Assembly: GCA_021848375.1 (NCBI GenBank)
Contig: JAJZUR010000001.1
Coordinates: 1 to 37,172 of the forward strand
DNA length: 37,172 nucleotides
Direction: 5' to 3'
DNA from: Pseudomonadota bacterium
GTDB lineage: Bacteria; Pseudomonadota; Gammaproteobacteria; UBA6186; Azoamicaceae
Made by a program: the position numbers and the translations under genes. Shown here piece by piece: positions 27,581-36,168 of the stretch. Position 1 is the stretch's first letter. The number at the start of each line of letters is the position of its first letter. The notes below the pieces were generated by a model that saw only the letters and a list, made by a program, of their open reading frames with translations, was not told the origin of the DNA and ran no database searches.

Positions 27581-28321
27581 ATGAAAAAAATGTTGCGTAA
27601 AAAAGATGGCAGTGAAATTGCTTATCATAAAATCGATCGCACGAAGCCAGATCTGCCTGGGGTTGTATTTTTAGGCGGTTTTCACTCAGATATGAGCGGT
27701 TCGAAGGCATGTTATCTAGAAGCATGCTGTAAGCGTTGGGGAAATGCCTATGTGCGCTTCGATTATTTTGCGCATGGAGAAACACCAGGGGATTTTGCGC
27801 AAGGCACCATTGGCCGATGGTTAGATGATACTTTGGCAATTATAGATGAATTAACCGAAGGTCCACAAATTTTGGTCGGCTCTAGTATGGGCGGTTGGAT
27901 CATGCTATTGGCAACGCTGAAAAGGCTTGCTCGCGTTAAAGGGTTAGTCGGGATCGCTGCTGCACCCGATTTTTTGGATGATATTGAACGTTTATCAATC
28001 GATCAACATCAAGCGTTAGTCAAGCATGGGGTATGTTATATTCCAGCAGCAGAAGGCGATCCTTATCCCATCACAGAAAATTTAGTGACAGAAGGCAGAA
28101 ATCATCGGGTATTAACAGCCCCCATTGCTATTCATTGTCCTGTGCGCTTACTACATGGATTAGCCGATCCCGATGTGCCATGGCAAAAATCGATAGAGAT
28201 TTCTGAACTTATCCTCTCAGAGGATGTTATCGTGACGCTGATTAAAGATGGAGATCATCGATTATCCAATGACCAACAATTGAAGATCTTAGGCGATACG
28301 GTGTTTGGGCTTTTTAACTGA
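27581..28321 (+). CDS. Alpha/beta-fold hydrolase (serine esterase)
   Basis: Nucleophile elbow VGSSMGG, oxyanion-region FLGGFHS, and a late D...H (GDHRL). Confidence 0.7.
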   Translation: MKKMLRKKDGSEIAYHKIDRTKPDLPGVVFLGGFHSDMSGSKACYLEACCKRWGNAYVRFDYFAHGETPGDFAQGTIGRWLDDTLAIIDELTEGPQILVGSSMGGWIMLLATLKRLARVKGLVGIAAAPDFLDDIERLSIDQHQALVKHGVCYIPAAEGDPYPITENLVTEGRNHRVLTAPIAIHCPVRLLHGLADPDVPWQKSIEISELILSEDVIVTLIKDGDHRLSNDQQLKILGDTVFGLFN

Positions 28322-29002
28322 TCTTAAGTATTTTTTTCTTTCTTTTTCTGCAAATCGTTCAATGGCGTAGCGTAAAGTCGTTCTTGGCATCACAGGATGA
28401 TGGGTTTTTAGAAATGTTTTTAAGGCTTTTATATCCCGTTTGCCGACTTCACGCAGCATCCATCCAGTTGCTTTATGGATCAAATCTTCTTCATCTTTTA
28501 ATAATAATCCAGCTAATTTTAAAGTATCTTGGAGTTTATTCTTTCGAATAAACCACCACGTAGAAACGATTGCAATCCGGCGATCCCAAATATGATTCGA
28601 TTTTACGAGGGTATAAAGTATTTTTTTATCACGCCGCAGCAAATACTTGCCGACAATATAGGGGGCGCTATCATCTACGCCATCCCAATCTCGAATCGCT
28701 TTGCGGTTTTTGAGATAAAATTGATAGATCTTGCCTTGTTCTTTTTCATTCCCGTCTTCAAATTTTAAACGCAAAATGGCGTGCGCAAGGCTTCTTTCAT
28801 CACGAACTTTGGAGTGCATTAAAGTCCGCACTTCTTTTAAAGGGATGTCCCAAAATTCTTTGGCAATAATCCGAATAATGGGGGCAGGGATACCTAAAAA
28901 GATATCCGTTTTGCAATTTTTAAAAAAATTGCGATGAATAATAGCTTTTTGGGGATCACTGTGTTTTTTTAGTCTTTGTTGGATTAGACTTGATCGTGCC
29001 AT
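28289..29002 (-). CDS. DNA alkylation repair protein family (AlkD-like HEAT-repeat protein)
   Basis: N-terminal L..L....DP.KA...RNFFK....FLGIPAPIIRIIAKEF pattern, and later W....R.AIVSTWWFIRK, typical of the DNA_alkylation family. ATG lies 17 nt after the stop of the HTH gene. Confidence 0.65.
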   Translation of the reverse strand: MARSSLIQQRLKKHSDPQKAIIHRNFFKNCKTDIFLGIPAPIIRIIAKEFWDIPLKEVRTLMHSKVRDERSLAHAILRLKFEDGNEKEQGKIYQFYLKNRKAIRDWDGVDDSAPYIVGKYLLRRDKKILYTLVKSNHIWDRRIAIVSTWWFIRKNKLQDTLKLAGLLLKDEEDLIHKATGWMLREVGKRDIKALKTFLKTHHPVMPRTTLRYAIERFAEKERKKYLRSVKKPKHRIA

Positions 29003-29019
29003 TGTCTTGGTTCCTATTT

Positions 29020-29511
29020 TTATGGTAAGGGTATTAAATCGCGAATTGTGATTAAAATTGAACCATCTTCTTTTTCCAAGCGATTGGCAACATATTTGCG
29101 TCGAGCTTCTTGTTCTATGGCTAAATGGTTTTTGGAAAAGACTTCATCAAGTGTTCTTTCGTCTTTATGATAATAATCTTCCAAGGCTTCCTCTGAAATT
29201 GCACAACGTATTTTTTTACCATTATCTTGGCCCCAAAAGGTAAAAATTCGGTGAGTAGCATCATAATATGCTTGTGCTTTTTTTTCATGGGAGAAGGTTA
29301 AATTTCTGTTGTCAAGCATTCCAAGTACCCCTAATATACTAAAGACGGTTGATATTTGAATATCTTTATCGCCACTTTCAAAACGCGAAAGTGTAGGAGT
29401 GCTGACATTCGCAATTCTCGCTAAATGCTGCTGAGTTAGCTTTTGCTTTTTCCGCCTTTGCTTTGCCTCTTCAACAATAACTGCCCAATTGAGTCGAAAC
29501 TGCCTTTCCAT
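29020..29511 (-). CDS. XRE-family HTH protein (HipB-like N-terminus) with an extra C-terminal domain of about 90 aa
   Basis: HTH LTQQHLARIANVSTPTLSRFESG. The C-terminal region IFTFWGQDNGKKIRCAISEEALEDYY...NHLAIEQEARRKY reminds me of DUF1488-type domains (unverified). GGAGAA SD 5 nt before ATG 29511, which lies 76 nt inside hipA. Confidence 0.65.
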   Translation of the reverse strand: MERQFRLNWAVIVEEAKQRRKKQKLTQQHLARIANVSTPTLSRFESGDKDIQISTVFSILGVLGMLDNRNLTFSHEKKAQAYYDATHRIFTFWGQDNGKKIRCAISEEALEDYYHKDERTLDEVFSKNHLAIEQEARRKYVANRLEKEDGSILITIRDLIPLP

Positions 29512-30683
29512 CGTTTCTCCATTATATCAATAAGCTTGTTGCGTAAAAATGGCACAGCAACTTCGCATTTGGAAATCGCTGTTAATGTTGCAGAGAAGTG
29601 CTTTTTTAGATCTTCTACAGCGCCTAAAATGGCGTTCTCATTTAAACCAAACCCATATCCCATTTCAATTAAATGTTTTGCTTTCAGCATGCCTATATCT
29701 AAGTCTACAGCGCCACCAACTTGTAAAGCAATCGTATGATATTCTTTGTAGCGTGCGGCGGCGACCAAATCATAAGCTGGTGTTAGACGTAAGCCATCAA
29801 GGGTATGGAACATTGCAAAATTTTTAAAATGAGCATCGGTATTACCGAGCAAAAAACAAGCCAAAATTCTTTTATAGAGACGTTCTGATTCAATAGCCGC
29901 GCATTCTGGGTTTGTATAAATAAAGTTCCCCATATTTTCATAAGAACCATTATATTTTTTTTCTGATGAATGACCTAAAAGTTGATTAAATTCCTCGAAA
30001 TGAATTCTTTTAATATTCCCTTTATCTGATGAAGTACGATCGAAACGTTTGACGATAAGCGCTGGTTCGTTGATAGATGCAATAGAACCAATTTCTAATT
30101 CAACACATTCGTCATTGGGAAGAATCTTTTTGATGGCGAGCGTTGTTAGATATTCTAGTTCAACTATATCTTGTAAATTACCAGATGCTAACTTGGCAAT
30201 ATGAGTGCTTAATTCATTACCATGCGCGGGTCTGAATTTATTTCCTTCCTTAACCACCATTAATTTTCGTTGGATCCCAGATAAAGAGGCGCGTCCTAAC
30301 AAAGCAGCCGTGGTGACATCATCCGCATGCGCTAAAGAAATGTGTTCACGTGGCTCAGGATCTCGTATGGAGACTGCGCCAATCAAATCATAACCAAATC
30401 CGAGAAGTAGAGCGAAACGGTTTGTGGAATCTACTTGTAAGGCGCGTGCTTGGGCTTTTTGAAACCATCCTTCAGCAACGAGGTTATCAAAGTAAGGGTG
30501 GAGTCCAGATTCAGCAATAAACGCCTTTTCACGTAAGGGAAGCGTATAAGAGATGGGGCACGGTGACGGGGAGTGCAGATAGGCGGGATCATAGGTAAAT
30601 ACATAACGCCCATTTGGCTCTTTTTGTAAAAGTCCCGCATAGGCATCTTGATAATAGACCCTACCCCAAAGCGCTGTTGCCAT
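29436..30683 (-). CDS. hipA: HipA-family serine/threonine kinase (type II toxin-like), full length with N-terminal domain
   Basis: SLSGIQRKL (Gly-rich loop region), catalytic loop GNTDAHFKNF, PAYDL. At 415 aa it is comparable to E. coli HipA. Confidence 0.85.
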   Translation of the reverse strand: MATALWGRVYYQDAYAGLLQKEPNGRYVFTYDPAYLHSPSPCPISYTLPLREKAFIAESGLHPYFDNLVAEGWFQKAQARALQVDSTNRFALLLGFGYDLIGAVSIRDPEPREHISLAHADDVTTAALLGRASLSGIQRKLMVVKEGNKFRPAHGNELSTHIAKLASGNLQDIVELEYLTTLAIKKILPNDECVELEIGSIASINEPALIVKRFDRTSSDKGNIKRIHFEEFNQLLGHSSEKKYNGSYENMGNFIYTNPECAAIESERLYKRILACFLLGNTDAHFKNFAMFHTLDGLRLTPAYDLVAAARYKEYHTIALQVGGAVDLDIGMLKAKHLIEMGYGFGLNENAILGAVEDLKKHFSATLTAISKCEVAVPFLRNKLIDIMEKRWKGSFDSIGQLLLKRQSKGGKSKS

Positions 30684-30720
30684 ACAGATACCTTAATATT
30701 CCCAGTTTGTTGGCTTATAA

Positions 30721-30859
30721 TATTAACTATAGTTTATATTATAGTATATATCATAAATTATATAAAATATAATTTATATAATCAATTAAAATAGGTATTA
30801 ATATAAAATATATTTTATAAAAAATGAAAATTTAATCAAATTATTAACTACCTTTTATA
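30721..30859. repeat. AT-rich divergent control region with an 18-bp direct repeat pair and an 18-bp perfect palindrome
   Basis: TATTAACTAnnnTTTATA occurs at 30721-30738 and 30842-30859 (15/18 identical). The perfect palindrome tataaaatatattttata lies at 30802-30819. I count 12 G/C in the 150 nt of 30721-30870. Confidence 0.6.
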
Positions 30860-30923
30860 AATTTATATAAAAGTCCAGTAACAACCCTTGGCTCCTAGTG
30901 CTGTGGGCTGTTACCCTAATCTC

Positions 30924-31829
30924 ATGAACCAAATGCAACTCTCACCAACGTTTATTTCGTTTATTCAGGCAGCTTATAAAGAGCAAGGCATTGTCTGGTT
31001 GCGGCAATTACCGACGCAATTGGAACGGCTTGCCAAGCGTTGGAATTTTCGATTACTAAAGACCGTTACGAATCTAACGTTCAGTTTTGTAGGGATTGTT
31101 GAGCTACAGGAGAATGGTGAGCGGGCGATACTGAAAGTGGTGCCGAAGGGTGGGCGGGTGATTGAGGAAGCGCATTGGCTGCAATGTGTAAAAAGTGGTG
31201 TGCCAATCGTTTTTCAAATGGATGAAGAAGAACCGGCGGTATTGATGGAATATTTGGAGCCCGGACATTCGCTCAAAAAATTGGTACAAACAGGATCGGA
31301 TGACAAAGCAACCCGGATCATTTGCCAAATGATTTTAGCATTGCAATCGCAACAACAAAAAACCTATCCGTTTAAACATCTTTCTGAATTAATAAAAGAT
31401 CTGGACCATTTAAAAGGACATATTGACAGCTCTATCTTATCAAAAGCCCAATCTTGGTTTCAGGATTTGACAATAGATCATTCAAACGATGTATTGCTGC
31501 ATGGTGACTTACATCATGAGAATATTCTGGCGCATCATGATGGATGGAAGGTTATTGACCCCCATGGTTATAGGGGGGATCCAGCCGCAGAAATAGGAGC
31601 GATGGTGCGTAATCCTTGGGACTGTTTTCCAACTGAACATTCGATGCCTAAAATCATTGAACGGCGCTTAAAAATATTAGCGGAAGAATTACCTTTTGAT
31701 CGCGAAAGAATGAAAGCATGGGCTTTTTGTATGGCTGTCTTGTCGGAGGCGTGGCATATACAAGATTTTGGGATTGATGCAAAAATTGATTTGGATATGA
31801 TTGCTGCGATTGAAAAGGTTAAACTGTAA
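30924..31829 (+). CDS. Aminoglycoside/streptomycin 6-kinase-like phosphotransferase (APH(6) family)
   Basis: LHGDLHHENIL and WKVIDPHGYRGDP, with C-terminal AFCMAVLSEAW. These parallel the StrB/APH(6)-Id blocks LHGDLHHENIM, WLVIDPVGLVGE and GCLSAAW as I recall them. The start is uncertain (30888 TTG, 30924 or 30933 ATG) and there is no clear SD. Confidence 0.7.
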   Translation: MNQMQLSPTFISFIQAAYKEQGIVWLRQLPTQLERLAKRWNFRLLKTVTNLTFSFVGIVELQENGERAILKVVPKGGRVIEEAHWLQCVKSGVPIVFQMDEEEPAVLMEYLEPGHSLKKLVQTGSDDKATRIICQMILALQSQQQKTYPFKHLSELIKDLDHLKGHIDSSILSKAQSWFQDLTIDHSNDVLLHGDLHHENILAHHDGWKVIDPHGYRGDPAAEIGAMVRNPWDCFPTEHSMPKIIERRLKILAEELPFDRERMKAWAFCMAVLSEAWHIQDFGIDAKIDLDMIAAIEKVKL

Positions 31830-31871
31830 ATCTTTTGTGCCTGATGGTATAGTCTGCACGGAGGCTAAAGT

Positions 31872-32327
31872 GTGACTCATAAAACAACAGGCATTGAACT
31901 CTATGTCGATGGCGCATGCCGCGGAAATCCTGGCCCTGGCGGATGGGGCGTTTTGCTGCGTTACCAAGGGGTGGAAAAAGAATTGTCAGGTGGAGAACTA
32001 AATACGACCAATAATCGGATGGAATTAATGGCGGCTATTCAAGGATTAAATGCGCTTACCCGTCCCTGTCAGGTTGCTGTTTATACCGATTCTGAATATG
32101 TGCGAAAAGGCATTACCGAATGGATCCACGATTGGAAAAAAAAAGGATGGAAAAATGCCGCACGCCAACCAGTTAAAAATCAAGTCTTATGGGAACAATT
32201 AGCTGCGGCAACAGAACGTCATCAGATCGAATGGCATTGGGTAAAAGGGCATAGTTTCCATCCAGAAAATGATAGAGTGGATGCGTTAGCAAGAGAGGCA
32301 ATTGATAACTTACTCCGTTCTCCTTAA
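31872..32327 (+). CDS. rnhA: Ribonuclease HI
   Basis: [64 protein letters not shown] before the GTG. Confidence 0.95.
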   Translation: MTHKTTGIELYVDGACRGNPGPGGWGVLLRYQGVEKELSGGELNTTNNRMELMAAIQGLNALTRPCQVAVYTDSEYVRKGITEWIHDWKKKGWKNAARQPVKNQVLWEQLAAATERHQIEWHWVKGHSFHPENDRVDALAREAIDNLLRSP

Positions 32328-32349
32328 TTGTTTATTGATAGAGAGTGAC

Positions 32350-33054
32350 ATGAGTCAAAAAACTGCAATACGGCAAGTAGTATTAGATACGGAAACCACA
32401 GGATTAGATCCCAGCAAAGGACATCGGTTAACGGAAATTGGTTGTATCGAGATGATCAATCGTCGTTTAACGGGTAAGCGCTTTCAAACATATATTAATC
32501 CGGAGCGAGAAATTGAACCAGGTGCTGCTGCTATTTCTGGTTTAACCAATGAATTTTTGTTAGACAAACCAAAATTTAGTGAAATCGTAGAAGAGTTTTT
32601 GACATTTATTCAAGTGCCGGGAACGGAACTTATTATTCACAATGCTCCGTTTGATTTGGGATTTCTTAATTATGAGTTGAATTTGGTCAGTCATCCTTGG
32701 CAGCCCATCGAAAATTATGTTGGGGTTATCGATACATTGCTGATGGCAAGACGCCTGCATCCTGGACAGCGAAATAATTTAGATGCCTTATGTGTTCGAT
32801 ATAATATTGATAACTCTGCTCGAGAATATCACGGCGCTATTTTAGATTCAGAATTATTAGCAAAAGTATATTTAGCAATGACCGCGGGGCAAACCATCAT
32901 GTCGCTTGGGACAGAACAAAAGCGTGATGAAGTCATAAAGGCTGATATTCCGTTTCAACCCGTAACTCGCACAAAACCTTTACGAATTATTCGGGCAAGT
33001 GATGAAGAGTGTAGATTGCATTTGGAAAAGATGGCAGAACTAGAGCGCAAATGA
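32350..33054 (+). CDS. dnaQ: DNA polymerase III epsilon subunit (3'-5' proofreading exonuclease)
   Basis: Exo I VVLDTETTGL, Exo II IIHNAPFDLGFL, Exo III HGAILDSELLAKVYL. ATG 32350 is preferred over the 32302 ORF start. Confidence 0.9.
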   Translation: MSQKTAIRQVVLDTETTGLDPSKGHRLTEIGCIEMINRRLTGKRFQTYINPEREIEPGAAAISGLTNEFLLDKPKFSEIVEEFLTFIQVPGTELIIHNAPFDLGFLNYELNLVSHPWQPIENYVGVIDTLLMARRLHPGQRNNLDALCVRYNIDNSAREYHGAILDSELLAKVYLAMTAGQTIMSLGTEQKRDEVIKADIPFQPVTRTKPLRIIRASDEECRLHLEKMAELERK

Positions 33055-34368
33055 AGCCGCATTCCACCAAAGGTGGCACGCAATACTTGCAGCATAGCCC
33101 AAAGCAATTGCCCAGATCCATTTTAAATGCGTAAAAAAGGTATAAATGCCACGGGTTTGTCCCATTACTCCGACACCCGCAGCAGAACCGATCGCAAGCA
33201 AACTTCCGCCAACACCGGTCGTTAACGTTAACAAGAGCCATTGTCCCTGCGACATCTCAGGATGAATGGTGATAATGGCAAACATCAGAGGAATATTATC
33301 CACAATGGCGGATAACAAGCCAATAAAAATATTCGCGAATGTTAGTTGATCGGCAGTAGTGAGGGCGGAATGCCAATCAGAGTAAAGCAAATCCGAAATA
33401 ATCTCTAAATATCCCACTGTTGCAAGACCACCAATGGCTAAAATGACGCCGTAGAAAAATAACAACGTATCCCAATCTAGTTCTTTAATGGCGGGAAAAA
33501 ATTCAATGGTTTCAACATGATCTGTTAATTTGGTATAGTATGCAAACAATTGTAAATAACTAAGCCCCAGCATCATACCAATAGCTGGCGGCAGATGAAA
33601 AAATTGTTGCAGACAAACGGTTGTGATAATGGTTAATAAAAAAAGAGCAATTACCCGTTTTGCGCCAATTGTTAACCGTGTGTCTTCTTTAATAGCGGGA
33701 GGAGAAGCTTTAGGAATTGCAAAATGCATGAAAAAAGCGGGCACTAAAAAATTAATCAGCGAGGGTAAAAAGAGTTTAAAGAATTGGGTGAAAGATAAAA
33801 TATCTGCCTGCCATACCATCAGAGTCGTAATATCCCCAAATGGGCTAAAAACACCACCTGCGTTAGCAGCGACCACCAGATTAATGCAAGCGATGGCTGT
33901 AAATCGTGGATTATCTTTACCTACCGCAACAATGACTGCTGAGAACGCTAGCGCAGTGGTTAAATTATCCGCCAATCCGGAAATAAAAAAAGCGAGGAAC
34001 CCTGTGATCCAAAACAGTTTGCGATAAGAAAATTGTCGTTGAATAAGCCAAGCGCGTAGAGCGTCAAAGACTTTGCGATCGGCTAAAACGTTAATGTACG
34101 TAATGGCCACGATAATAAAGAGCAACAGTTCGGCATAATCCATTAGGTTATGACGAAGAGCAGTATTAACGAGTTCGGATTGTCCTTTTTGTGCGCCAAT
34201 CATGGCAACTAATATCCAAATAATCCCTGCGGCAACCACAATGGGTTTTGATTTTCGTAACTGGGTAAATTCTTCTAGGATGACGAAAATGTAAGCAATG
34301 AAAAAGGTCGCCAGCGCAATCAATGCGGGGGTTGAATCAATCGCATGATTGAGTATATTGGTTTTCAT
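33040..34368 (-). CDS. nhaD: Na+/H+ antiporter, NhaD/ArsB-type permease
   Basis: A 442-aa polytopic protein. Blocks GLADNLTTALAF, SPFGDITTLMVW and AIVDNIPLMFA are typical of the NhaD family. Confidence 0.72.
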   Translation of the reverse strand: MKTNILNHAIDSTPALIALATFFIAYIFVILEEFTQLRKSKPIVVAAGIIWILVAMIGAQKGQSELVNTALRHNLMDYAELLLFIIVAITYINVLADRKVFDALRAWLIQRQFSYRKLFWITGFLAFFISGLADNLTTALAFSAVIVAVGKDNPRFTAIACINLVVAANAGGVFSPFGDITTLMVWQADILSFTQFFKLFLPSLINFLVPAFFMHFAIPKASPPAIKEDTRLTIGAKRVIALFLLTIITTVCLQQFFHLPPAIGMMLGLSYLQLFAYYTKLTDHVETIEFFPAIKELDWDTLLFFYGVILAIGGLATVGYLEIISDLLYSDWHSALTTADQLTFANIFIGLLSAIVDNIPLMFAIITIHPEMSQGQWLLLTLTTGVGGSLLAIGSAAGVGVMGQTRGIYTFFTHLKWIWAIALGYAASIACHLWWNAASFAL

Positions 34369-34430
34369 GAGATCCTATCTCCCTTCTTCTTGTGAAAGTT
34401 TAAGGGAAAAAGGACGAGAAGACAAGAATA

Positions 34431-35084
34431 TTAAATGTTATTTTGGGGATGTAAGCTACCATTGGCGATGTAGTCCCCGCACGCTTGAATGATTTGCACT
34501 AGCACAATCAGTAATACTAACGTACTTAATACATAATCTGTCTGAAAAGACTGATATCCTTTGGCAATGATAATCCCGCCTAAGCCGCCTGCGCCAAGAG
34601 CCCCTGCAATAGTCGAGTAACCTACCAGATGAACCAATGTTGTGGTTAAGCTCTTGATGATATTAGGCAGCGCTTCTGGGATTAAAATTTTATATATAAT
34701 CTGAAAATTGGAGGCGCCGACGGTTTTGGCAGCTTCTATCAATCCTGCTTGGACGTGATTGATGGCTTTTTCGGTGAGACCCGCAAAGGTAGGCACGGCA
34801 GCTAGGGTCAGAGGGACGACAGCTGCGACTGAGCCTTCCGTGGATCCGATGATGAGGCGGGTAAAAGGAATGACGGCAATCATGAGAACGATATAAGGCA
34901 CTGAACAAGTGGTATGGATTAAGAAGTTAAGCGATTTGTGAATCACATTATTGGCTAAAAATTTCTCTGGGGCCGTTACTGATAAAATTGCACCTAGCGG
35001 TAATCCAATGATCCACGTTAAAAGTCCAGCGGCAAAAATCATGAATAGCGTTTCTTCTAGCGCATTAAGCAGTTCGTGAAGCAT
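34431..35084 (-). CDS. metI: Methionine ABC importer permease MetI
   Basis: Start region LLNALEETLFMIFAAGLLTWIIGLPLGAIL parallels E. coli MetI. EAA loop IEAAKTVGASNFQIIYKILIPEALP. The start is ambiguous (35084 or 35102). Confidence 0.85.
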   Translation of the reverse strand: MLHELLNALEETLFMIFAAGLLTWIIGLPLGAILSVTAPEKFLANNVIHKSLNFLIHTTCSVPYIVLMIAVIPFTRLIIGSTEGSVAAVVPLTLAAVPTFAGLTEKAINHVQAGLIEAAKTVGASNFQIIYKILIPEALPNIIKSLTTTLVHLVGYSTIAGALGAGGLGGIIIAKGYQSFQTDYVLSTLVLLIVLVQIIQACGDYIANGSLHPQNNI

Positions 35085-36108
35085 ATCCCAGCACCTCCAC
35101 ATGTAATTTTTTGTGTTCCAAAAAGCGCAATGCGCTTTCAATATCCTCTTTCTCTCCCACCATTTCAGCAACCATTATACCAATAAGATGATTGTGAATA
35201 ATTTCTGTATTCGCTTGAATAATGTTTACGGATAAATTGTATTGTTGGATAATCATGGCAAGAAAAGGTTGTTGACTGTTAGAATTTCTAAACGCGATAC
35301 GCGCAATAGGATAACTATTTTTACGATAATCTGGGTGCATACGATTACGCAGAGCAGTTGGCAGATCATTTCTTGCCGCTGTCTTGATGAATTCCTTACC
35401 AACCAAAGAGGTAGGATGCGAATAGAAATCTAAAACGGTAGTCTGTTCGACGATTTCGCCCTCATGTAACACCGCGACTCGATTACAGATGGATTTGATC
35501 ACTTCCAGTTCGTGCGTAATAAGCACAATGGTTAAATTAAGTTTTTGATTAATCAAACTCAGTAATTTTAAAATAGATTGTTTTGCTTTAGGATCTAAAG
35601 AGGCGGTTGCTTCTTCGCAGAGCAATACTTTTGGTTGATTGATTAATGCGCGTGCAATGGCCACTCGTTGTTTTTGGCCGTTATTCAATTGATGAGGGTA
35701 CGCATTGGCTTTATCTTCTAATTGGGTTAGTTCCAGTAAGGGGCGTACTTGAGATTCAATTTGATCTTTTGGCGTGCCATTCAGTTCCAATGGAAGTGCG
35801 ATATTATCAAAAACGCTGCGAGAGGCTAACAAATTAAAATGTTGGAAGATCATGCCAATATTGCGTCTGGCATTTCTCAATCCTTCCGTTGTCAGCGTCA
35901 TTAAATCACAGCTATCGACGAGCACTGCACCGCCGGAGGGAGGCTCTAATAAATTGATGCAACGGATCAAAGCGCTTTTGCCAGCGCCCGCTCGGCCAAT
36001 GATGCCGAAAATTTCCCCTTGCTCAATATTTAAGGTAATGCCTTTTAGGGCATGCAAAATGATATTGCCCTTTCTAACAATTTTTTCAATTCCATTGAGT
36101 GAGATCAT
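35065..36108 (-). CDS. metN: Methionine ABC importer ATPase MetN with a C-terminal NIL domain
   Basis: Walker A GRAGAGKSAL, Walker B VLLCEEATASLDP, H-loop ITHE. The C-terminal NIL-type regulatory domain is ...IIQANTEII...GIMVAEMVG. Confidence 0.85.
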   Translation of the reverse strand: MISLNGIEKIVRKGNIILHALKGITLNIEQGEIFGIIGRAGAGKSALIRCINLLEPPSGGAVLVDSCDLMTLTTEGLRNARRNIGMIFQHFNLLASRSVFDNIALPLELNGTPKDQIESQVRPLLELTQLEDKANAYPHQLNNGQKQRVAIARALINQPKVLLCEEATASLDPKAKQSILKLLSLINQKLNLTIVLITHELEVIKSICNRVAVLHEGEIVEQTTVLDFYSHPTSLVGKEFIKTAARNDLPTALRNRMHPDYRKNSYPIARIAFRNSNSQQPFLAMIIQQYNLSVNIIQANTEIIHNHLIGIMVAEMVGEKEDIESALRFLEHKKLHVEVLGYASRTA

Positions 36109-36168
36109 GTAACCATCTCTTTTAGAGCAGTGTCTTAACTTTTACCATAGTTCGTAGTTGCCGAACTT

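Noticed and set aside
31872-33054. rnhA and dnaQ are tandem and co-directional rather than divergent as in E. coli.
   Set aside because: This is a plain synteny difference between lineages. Both genes look intact with normal starts, and nothing suggests a new function.
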